From: an uncultured archaeon
GTDB taxonomy: Archaea; Iainarchaeota; Iainarchaeia; Iainarchaeales; JAAZKV01
Reading direction: 5' to 3'
Length of the DNA: 6,053 nt
Assembly (NCBI GenBank): GCA_964551375.1
Contig: CAZKBG010000005.1
Span: 1 to 6,053 of the forward strand
The notes under the pieces were generated by a model. That model was not told where the DNA came from and searched no databases. It saw nothing but the letters and a program-made list of their open reading frames with translations. The translations under genes were made by a program, and so were the position numbers. Of this stretch, positions 1 to 6,053 are shown piece by piece; position 1 is the stretch's first letter; each line of letters starts with the position of its first letter.

Positions 1-2
1 GT

Positions 3-104
3 CCCAAGAAAACACAGACCAAGGACATTCCCCAGGCAATCGCCTACCTGGCTGAATACAAAAAACGCAAGAAGGAGGGTAAAGATGCTGACAAAAAAGC
101 ATGA
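3..104 (+). CDS. Probable RelE/HigB-family addiction module toxin, C-terminal fragment (truncated by the left window edge)
   Basis: The frame starting at base 3 is open from the window edge and reads PKKTQTKDIPQAIAYLAEYKKRKKEGKDADKKA, stopping with TGA at 102-104. A K-T/Q-x-x-DI-x-x-A-x-x-Y-x-x-x-Y-K-K tail is typical of toxins encoded directly upstream of this antitoxin family. It overlaps the following gene start by 20 nt. Only about 33 residues are visible, so the call leans on position. Confidence 0.6.
   Translation, partial: PKKTQTKDIPQAIAYLAEYKKRKKEGKDADKKA
72..78 (+). promoter_or_regulatory. Shine-Dalgarno sequence for the antitoxin gene
   Basis: AAGGAGG lies 6 nt upstream of the ATG at 85, inside the 3' end of the toxin fragment. 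Confidence 0.8.
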
Positions 105-378
105 TGATTTCCTGGTGGAATCTCTTCAAGACCCTGAGGAAATCCAGGCATATCTAAACGTGGCCCTTGAAGATGCCTTTGAGCAAGGCGATTTCCGTCT
201 TTTTCTTCTTGCCCTCCGCGATGTGGCTGTGGCAAAGGGAATGCGGAAAGTGGCATCCAAGGCCAAACTCAACCGGGAAAGTCTTTACCGGATGCTTTCC
301 GACCAAGGGAACCCAGAGCTTTCAAGCCTTTGGGCCCTATTAAAAACAATGGGTTTGAAACTCTCAGTCACCGCTTGA
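85..378 (+). CDS. HigA-like addiction module antidote protein (HTH, 97 aa)
   Basis: The ORF starts at ATG 85 with a strong ribosome binding site. The C-terminal half VAKGMRKVASKAKLNRESLYRMLSDQGNPELSSLWALLKTMGLKLSV is a Cro/CI-like helix-turn-helix of the 'putative addiction module antidote' type. Confidence 0.87.
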   Translation: MLTKKHDDFLVESLQDPEEIQAYLNVALEDAFEQGDFRLFLLALRDVAVAKGMRKVASKAKLNRESLYRMLSDQGNPELSSLWALLKTMGLKLSVTA

Positions 379-1145
379 TGGGCAATCCTTCGAAGGGTAT
401 TGCTTCTTGGCCCCAGGAAGAGCGACCACGGGAACGCCTTCTATCACGAGGCCCTCAAGCTCTCACTGATGCCGAACTCATTGGAATACTTCTCCGGGTT
501 GGTTTTAAAGGGACAAATGCGGTAGAGCTGGGCCGCCAACTATTGACCCGTTACGGTTCACTCCGGGCTATGGTAGAAGCTCCGGTTCTTTCGCTGTTGG
601 AAGTAAAAGGGTTAAAAGGAGCGAAGGCGGCTCAATTGTTGGCCGCCATCGAAATAGCCAGGCGATTTTCGGTTCCAATAAAAAGAGGCGATTTGGTCAT
701 AAAGACTACGTCCTCAGCGGCAGAATACCTTTTGGAGCGACTTCGAGGGTTGCCGACGGAAAATTTCCGTGTTCTCTACCTAAATCGGCGCCATGCTCTT
801 CAAGAAGATGCTTTAATTGCCCAGGGTTCCCTGACGGCGGTTCAGCCGCATTTGCGGGCAATAGTTGCCCGGGCCCTTCAGGTAAACGCATCTGCCATTA
901 TTGCGGCTCACAACCACCCATCGGGTTCAACAGATCCAAGCGAATCTGACCGCCTTCTTACGCATGATCTGATTGCGGCTTGTCGTCCTCTTGGTTTGAA
1001 AGTTCTGGATCATGTGATTGTAGCCGACAACCAAACCTTCAGTTTTGCGGACAGTGGTTTGCTGGATGAAATATCTCTACATTGCTTGGCCCCCGCTTTT
1101 TCGAAGGGCACGCCGAAATCTCACCAAAGGAAAACCGCGCTATGA
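378..1145 (+). CDS. radC: RadC-family JAMM/MPN domain protein (DNA repair protein RadC homologue)
   Basis: The provided ORF is 330-1145 from a TTG. The ATG at 378, overlapping the antitoxin TGA (376-378), is the more plausible start and gives 255 aa. Features seen are an N-terminal helix-hairpin-helix-like region (RPRERLLSRGPQALTDAELIGILLRVG...LLEVKGLKGAKAAQLLAAIEIARR) and the metal-binding JAMM motif HNHPSGSTDPSESD at 909-950. Confidence 0.93.
   Translation: MGNPSKGIASWPQEERPRERLLSRGPQALTDAELIGILLRVGFKGTNAVELGRQLLTRYGSLRAMVEAPVLSLLEVKGLKGAKAAQLLAAIEIARRFSVPIKRGDLVIKTTSSAAEYLLERLRGLPTENFRVLYLNRRHALQEDALIAQGSLTAVQPHLRAIVARALQVNASAIIAAHNHPSGSTDPSESDRLLTHDLIAACRPLGLKVLDHVIVADNQTFSFADSGLLDEISLHCLAPAFSKGTPKSHQRKTAL
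1126..1131 (+). promoter_or_regulatory. Possible ribosome binding site for the methyltransferase gene
   Basis: AAAGGA lies 10 nt upstream of the ATG at 1142, within the end of radC. Confidence 0.45.
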
Positions 1146-3100
1146 CCGAAGAACAACGCCTTGAAATAATCCGCCGTCTTCAGCAGAGGGAGGAGCTTTC
1201 CCCCGAGTGGGCGCGGGTATTGTTCCCGCCGGAAAAACGGGAATATGAATTGGTCTATCATGGAAAGGAACGAGAGGCAGATATTATAGCCAACACTCTC
1301 GCCGTCCCTCTTCAAAGGGTGAGAACCTTCGGAAAAAATGGCGAAGGGTGGCATAATAAGTTAATTTTTGGTGACAACCTACAGGTTATGAAGAGCCTAT
1401 TAGATGAGAAGCGAGCGGGAACTATATGCAATGCGGATGGCACCCCTGGGGCAAGGTTGATATTCATCGATCCGCCATTTTCGACCAAGCAGGAATTTAG
1501 AGGGACACAAGATCAGAAGGCATATCAAGACAAAATAGCCGGCGCGAGTTTTCTTGAATTCCTGCGAAAACGACTCGTGTTTATGCGCGAGCTGCTTAGC
1601 GATAATGGGTCGATCGTTGTTCATTTGGATTTGAGAAAGTGTCATCACATCAAACTTTTGCTTGATGAAATTTTTGGGGAAAGTAAACTCCTCAATGAAA
1701 TCATTTGGTATTACGAAAACAAGTTGGGCACGGGTGGGGGTCTTTTTGATGGTCGCCATGATAGTTTGTACTGGTATGGCCGTAGCTCCACCCATTCCTT
1801 CAATCCTATTCATGAGCCTGTAAAGGAAAAAAAACTTCAACCTGTAACGCAAAAGATTAATGGAAAGAGAGTTTGGCTACGGGACGAAGACGGAAAAAGA
1901 AAGTATGCACAGAGCGCAGAAACTCGCCCGGTTGGTGATGTTTGGCGGATTCCAATAATCAATCCTGTGGCAAGCGAGCGTCTCGGCTATCCGACACAAA
2001 AGCCGGAGGCGTTGGCAGAGCGTGTCATCAAGGCAATGACGAACCAAGGGGACTTGGTCCTAGATGCGTTTGCAGGTTCTGGTACGTGCATGGCGGTGGC
2101 GGAAAAATTGGATAGACGTTGGGTGGGAATCGATTGTGGCAAATTGGCAATTTATACGATACAGAAGCGAATGCTGAATCTCCGAGCGGAGATCGGGAAC
2201 AAGGGTCCACAAGTTACACCCAAGCCATTTGGGCTTTACAACGCCGGTCTATACGATTTCAGCAAGTTGAAAGACCTACCTTGGGATGCTTGGCGGTTTT
2301 TTGCCTTACAGCTTTTCCAGTGTAGAGATAGTCCACACAAGATCGGTGGCATCAGCCTGGACGGTATTTTGAAAGGTTCAAGTGTTTTGGTCTTCAATCA
2401 TCAAAAGCAACCTGGCGTCAGAATTGATGAAACCACCGTACAAAGCCTTCATGAAGCCTTAGGGTCAAAGATTGGCTCAAGGATGTTTGTTATTGCCCCA
2501 GCACTGGTATTTGACTTTCAACAGGATTACCTGATTCTTGACGGGGTTCGATACTATGCGCTAAGAATTCCATACTCGATCATTCATGAATTGCACCAGC
2601 GGGAATTTGCTGCCCTTAAACAGCCCTCTGACGAAATGGCCGTTAACGATACTGTCGAAGCGGTTGGTTTTGACTTCATTAGGCAACCGGAATTAGATTA
2701 TGAAGCCGGTGTCAATAGAAGGAAGGGTGTCCTTATTGATGAGGCCTTCATAAAAATCAAAACGTTCAAAAGTGAAGCGGTTGTTAGAGAGCCGTTTCGG
2801 AAGAAAGCGAATAGAGAAACGCTTTCAATGCTTATGCTCGACTATGATTACAAGAGCGATTCCGATGTCTTTGATTTTGACGCGGTCTTCTATGCCGATG
2901 CGATTGAAAAGGCAGATTGGGAAATCCGGTTCCCGGTGGAATCCATAGGGGGCCAGATCATGGCGGTATTTGTGGATATCTATGGAAATGAGGCAAGGGA
3001 AGTAATTCCTGGGACTGCATTTGGGGTCGGCAAAAAGAGAGTCCCGCCGAAACCGGTTCAGAAGAAATCAGGAAGAGTGCAAGGAAGAAAAGCAAAATGA
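1142..3100 (+). CDS. mod: Type III restriction-modification system DNA methyltransferase (Mod-like, beta-class N6-adenine MTase), 652 aa
   Basis: The ORF track gives 1082-3100, but the ATG at 1142 overlaps the radC stop (ATGA) and has a plausible RBS. Motif IV DPPF is at 1469-1480 and the SAM-binding motif I FAGSGT is at 2069-2086. The IV-before-I order defines a beta-class amino-MTase. YPTQKPEALAERVI lies just before motif I. Adjacency to a Res-type helicase-nuclease supports type III. Confidence 0.93.
   Translation: MTEEQRLEIIRRLQQREELSPEWARVLFPPEKREYELVYHGKEREADIIANTLAVPLQRVRTFGKNGEGWHNKLIFGDNLQVMKSLLDEKRAGTICNADGTPGARLIFIDPPFSTKQEFRGTQDQKAYQDKIAGASFLEFLRKRLVFMRELLSDNGSIVVHLDLRKCHHIKLLLDEIFGESKLLNEIIWYYENKLGTGGGLFDGRHDSLYWYGRSSTHSFNPIHEPVKEKKLQPVTQKINGKRVWLRDEDGKRKYAQSAETRPVGDVWRIPIINPVASERLGYPTQKPEALAERVIKAMTNQGDLVLDAFAGSGTCMAVAEKLDRRWVGIDCGKLAIYTIQKRMLNLRAEIGNKGPQVTPKPFGLYNAGLYDFSKLKDLPWDAWRFFALQLFQCRDSPHKIGGISLDGILKGSSVLVFNHQKQPGVRIDETTVQSLHEALGSKIGSRMFVIAPALVFDFQQDYLILDGVRYYALRIPYSIIHELHQREFAALKQPSDEMAVNDTVEAVGFDFIRQPELDYEAGVNRRKGVLIDEAFIKIKTFKSEAVVREPFRKKANRETLSMLMLDYDYKSDSDVFDFDAVFYADAIEKADWEIRFPVESIGGQIMAVFVDIYGNEAREVIPGTAFGVGKKRVPPKPVQKKSGRVQGRKAK
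3081..3086 (+). promoter_or_regulatory. Possible ribosome binding site for the Res-like gene
   Basis: AAGGAA lies 10 nt upstream of the ATG at 3097, within the end of mod. Confidence 0.45.
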
Positions 3101-5676
3101 GCACCAAAGGCGATCGGCGGACATTTCGAAACGAAGATTTGATTTTGAGGGTTTCCAAGGATATTGATCCAAAAGTTTGGGATGAAACTAAGTATGAAGC
3201 CTTTTTGGACGAATTGTGCGGTTATCGGGAGTATCAGAAAGAGGCAATCAGAACAACCCTACGATTCCTTCTTGGTGGGAAGTATTCTGATCTTAAAGCC
3301 TTGGCAAAAGAGGAGTATGAGGGTAGCACCGAGTTAAAAGAGCGGTATGGTTCGTGGGCCGGAATGGAAAGACATCTTCAGTTGCCTTCGCAACTGTCAT
3401 GCTCCATTGATCAGGCTACCGGCACCGGAAAGAGTTATGTTTTGTACGGCCTTGGCGCCATTCTTCTTGCTGAAGGTTCGATTGACCGTGTTTTGGTTCT
3501 TTGTCCATCAAACACCATTGAAGATGGTCTAATACGGAAGTTCAAAGAGCTAGCCGGGAACAGCGATCTTCGAGACTCAATGCCCGCATCGGCTCGCGTG
3601 AAGACTCCGGTTATTATCAATGCCTCTGAGAGCATTGTTGATGGTTCAATTTGCGTTGAAAATTACCACGCAATACTTGAGACCGTAAAATCATCTATTC
3701 GAGAAAGTCTTACTGGAAAAGGTGCTAGGGTTGCTGTATTCAACGATGAAGCACATCATGTCGCTAATGAAAACGGCGCGGCAGTAAAGAAATGGAAGGA
3801 GTTTCTTCAGTCGGCCGAGTATGGGTTCCGAATGATTGTTGGAGTTTCTGGAACCTGCTATGTCGGCGATGATTATTTTGCGGATGTTGTTCATCGCTAT
3901 TCCCTTCGGCAAGGAATCGAAGAGAAGTTTATTAAAAAGGTTGAGTATGTAGATGAACTTCCACCGTCTGCAGAGAATCCGGATGAAAAATGGCAACTCA
4001 TCTACAACCGGCACAAAGATTGGAAGAAAAAACTTAAACCAAGAGGCATACGTCCGTTAACAATAATAGTTACAAAAGCGATCTCTGATGCAGAGCGCGT
4101 TGCGGAGGAACTGCAAGACTTCCTTAAAGAATGGGAAAAAATCACCGGCGATCAAGCAGCCGAAAAGGTCCTGTGTGTTACATCATCATCAAAGCACCAG
4201 CCTAACGTTTTAAAGCTGAAAACGGTTGACAGCCCATCGAGCAAGGTCGAGTGGATCGTTTCTGTTTCCATGTTGAGCGAGGGGTGGGATGTTAAAAACG
4301 TTTTTCAGATCGTTCCACACGAGGAGAGGGCCTTTAACAGCAAACTTTTAATTGCACAGGTTCTCGGCCGTGGTCTTCGCAGGCCAGAGAATTGGCAGGG
4401 AGAAGAACCGGTTGTTACGGTTTTTAACCATGACGCTTGGTCCGGCCGCATAAAGCACTTGGTAAATGAGATTCTTGAAATTGAGCGCCGCCTTACCTCT
4501 TCCATTGATCGTTCTTCCCCAAACAATTTTGAAATTCATCACCTCGATTACACCCGGACAGAGGATACAACGGAGTTTGCTAAGAAAGGGGAATACAAAA
4601 TATTCGAGGGGGGGTTTATTGAGCTTCCAACACAGGTTGAAGCAGAGGATGTCACGGTTGATTTCGAGCGGGCTGTAACCGGGGACCATGTTAAGTTCAA
4701 GACGACAATTCTCCATAAAACCTTTACGGTGGCGGAGGTTGCCGAGCAAATGTTTCAACGACTTAAATCCATAGACGAAGAATCGAAGGATGCCGAGGAT
4801 CCAAAGGACCGGACCAATTACGCAACGAAGTTTCCGCTAGATAAATGCGAGGCTATTGTCCAGGCATCCCTGAAAGAGGCAAAGATAAAGAATGGGAAAA
4901 TAACCGACGACAACCGGCAGCGGTTTCTTCAGGCTCTTGGGACGTTACGCCGGAAATCGGCCAAGCGGGTTGTTTATAAACTGGCTCCAAAAGCTCTCCG
5001 GCCGATGACCACCGCCGACCGTCAAGATGAAAGTTGCAGCGCGGCAGAGATTCGGCGTGGCTCCAAGACTGTGTTTTTCCTATCTGGTTGCGAGGCTTCC
5101 TTGAGCGATGAACAGAAAGAGTTTTTCCGCGAGGTTGCCGACGAAGACGGGGAATTTAATAGTGGTCGGGTCGTTGTCCCTAACGGTGCTGATTTTAAAA
5201 CTCCGGCAAACTTGGTTATAGCTGATGCCCAGCCCGAACGGAAATTCGTTCGTGAGCTCACAAAGCGGGAAAACTCACAGAAGATAGACGCTTGGCTGAA
5301 GAATACCCCAGTTGGTTTCTATTCCATTGAGTATGCTTGGAAGAAGGGAAACAAGCACAAGCGGGGGGAATTCAGCCCGGATTTCTTTATTAAGCAAGGA
5401 AACACGGTTTTTGTGGTTGAGGTAAAGGGGGATGAGGAGATTTCCGATCCTTCTCCAGACAACATCAAGAAGCATGAATACTCAATGGTCCATTTCGACC
5501 GCCTTAATGCATGGTTGGCCAAGGAGAAGGCTACAGCCCAGTATCAGTTCAATATGATCACGCCCAAAAGCTACAATGTATTTTTTCAAAAGCTCCGGGA
5601 TAATGCCCTTGCTGGGTTCCGATCTGACTTGGACGTTGCAATTAAGAATAGCATTGACCGAGGGGAAGGTGATTAG
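3097..5676 (+). CDS. res: Type III restriction enzyme Res subunit (SF2 helicase plus PD-(D/E)XK nuclease), 859 aa
   Basis: The ATG at 3097 overlaps the mod stop (ATGA). Features seen: Q-motif-like YREYQKEAIRTTL, Walker A ATGTGKS (3415-3435), DEAH box FNDEAHH, motif III-like VSGT, SEGWDVKNVFQ and motif VI-like AQVLGRGLRRP. Near the C-terminus there is a PD-(D/E)XK nuclease signature FSPDFFIKQGNTVFVVEVKGDE, with the core PD...EVK at 5377-5427. Confidence 0.94.
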   Translation: MSTKGDRRTFRNEDLILRVSKDIDPKVWDETKYEAFLDELCGYREYQKEAIRTTLRFLLGGKYSDLKALAKEEYEGSTELKERYGSWAGMERHLQLPSQLSCSIDQATGTGKSYVLYGLGAILLAEGSIDRVLVLCPSNTIEDGLIRKFKELAGNSDLRDSMPASARVKTPVIINASESIVDGSICVENYHAILETVKSSIRESLTGKGARVAVFNDEAHHVANENGAAVKKWKEFLQSAEYGFRMIVGVSGTCYVGDDYFADVVHRYSLRQGIEEKFIKKVEYVDELPPSAENPDEKWQLIYNRHKDWKKKLKPRGIRPLTIIVTKAISDAERVAEELQDFLKEWEKITGDQAAEKVLCVTSSSKHQPNVLKLKTVDSPSSKVEWIVSVSMLSEGWDVKNVFQIVPHEERAFNSKLLIAQVLGRGLRRPENWQGEEPVVTVFNHDAWSGRIKHLVNEILEIERRLTSSIDRSSPNNFEIHHLDYTRTEDTTEFAKKGEYKIFEGGFIELPTQVEAEDVTVDFERAVTGDHVKFKTTILHKTFTVAEVAEQMFQRLKSIDEESKDAEDPKDRTNYATKFPLDKCEAIVQASLKEAKIKNGKITDDNRQRFLQALGTLRRKSAKRVVYKLAPKALRPMTTADRQDESCSAAEIRRGSKTVFFLSGCEASLSDEQKEFFREVADEDGEFNSGRVVVPNGADFKTPANLVIADAQPERKFVRELTKRENSQKIDAWLKNTPVGFYSIEYAWKKGNKHKRGEFSPDFFIKQGNTVFVVEVKGDEEISDPSPDNIKKHEYSMVHFDRLNAWLAKEKATAQYQFNMITPKSYNVFFQKLRDNALAGFRSDLDVAIKNSIDRGEGD

Positions 5677-5691
5677 CCCCGGCGCGGTTGG

Positions 5692-6006
5692 CTATTGTCG
5701 AAGCTTCCCCTCATGGTAGGCCGCGATAGTCGGGTGAATTTTCGTTAGCCCCGCCGGGGTCCGGTACCGAAAGTCCTTCATGTAAATCTTTCCTATCTTT
5801 TCCGGTAGCTCATACCCGAACATTGCCCTGCAGAGCGCGTTGACCTCGATCATTGCGTTGACGTAAGATCCGCCGGTATGCGACCAACCGCCGAGCCGCA
5901 TAAATAAACCGAGGTCGATGGTTTTGAACCCGGCCGCGTCCAAGTCCCAGATAAGCCGCTTCTGCAGTTTGTAGAAGCGCCGGTCGGAAATCCCGCCGAT
6001 AAGGGG
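5692..6006 (-). CDS. Hypothetical protein, C-terminal part; possibly incomplete or frameshifted
   Basis: A minus-strand frame is open from 6006 down to the TAG at 5692-5694. It reads PLIGGISDRRFYKLQKRLIWDLDAAGFKTIDLGLFMRLGGWSHTGGSYVNAMIEVNALCRAMFGYELPEKIGKIYMKDFRYRTPAGLTKIHPTIAAYHEGKLRQ. The composition looks protein-like, but there is no recognised family. There is no ATG before residue MRLGG, and a TGA at 6007-6009 blocks the frame upstream. Confidence 0.4.
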   Translation of the reverse strand, partial: PLIGGISDRRFYKLQKRLIWDLDAAGFKTIDLGLFMRLGGWSHTGGSYVNAMIEVNALCRAMFGYELPEKIGKIYMKDFRYRTPAGLTKIHPTIAAYHEGKLRQ

Positions 6007-6053
6007 TCACCCCACCAAACGGAAATTTACGCACGCTAAGGATTTCGTAGCGG

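Noticed and set aside
44-256. 70-aa minus-strand ORF overlapping the antitoxin
   Set aside because: It is antisense to the toxin/antitoxin junction, which has a strong SD and HTH support. It has no recognised domain.
1400-1852. 150-aa minus-strand ORF antisense to mod
   Set aside because: It covers the catalytic motif IV region of mod. The translation is low in recognisable structure, so it is treated as the shadow of a real coding strand.
3691-4014. 107-aa minus-strand ORF antisense to res
   Set aside because: It overlaps the DEAH and motif III coding region of res, has no recognised features, and is best explained as spurious.
4348-4758. 136-aa minus-strand ORF antisense to res
   Set aside because: It lies wholly within the well-supported res reading frame between the helicase motif VI and the nuclease domain. 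The translation shows no recognised domain, so it is most likely a chance open frame.
3-5676. A retron, CBASS, BREX, DISARM or other non-RM defence system
   Set aside because: I looked for reverse transcriptase, nucleotidyltransferase, PglX/PglZ, DrmA/B and TIR/SIR2-like motifs in the translations and found none. The Mod/Res motif set explains the two large genes.
5749-5759. CCCCGCCGGGG inverted repeat as a terminator
   Set aside because: The 4-bp stem with a 3-nt loop is short, it lacks a U-tract, and it sits inside the convergent ORF, where it encodes TPAG. It is not convincing as a terminator.
5810-6034. 74-aa minus-strand ORF as an independent gene
   Set aside because: Its distal part is arginine-rich and out of frame with the more protein-like 5692-6006 frame. 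Only the first residues may be real, as part of a possibly frameshifted gene.

Overview
The window reads as one compact, rightward-transcribed defence-type gene block with almost no intergenic DNA. In order it holds: the 3' end of a probable RelE/HigB-type toxin gene (cut by the left edge), a HigA-like helix-turn-helix antitoxin, a RadC-family JAMM/MPN protein, and a type III restriction-modification pair. The pair is a beta-class adenine methyltransferase (Mod-like) and a helicase-nuclease (Res-like). Every junction overlaps: toxin/antitoxin by about 20 nt, antitoxin/radC as TGATG, radC/mod as ATGA and mod/res as ATGA. After res, GC content rises and an unidentified ORF runs convergently on the minus strand. 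The individual families are known. The parts worth a second look are the RadC gene sitting between a TA module and the RM genes with stop/start coupling on both sides, and the long C-terminal extension on the methyltransferase. I see no strong evidence for a wholly new system. No CRISPR array, tRNA, rRNA or transposase was recognised.
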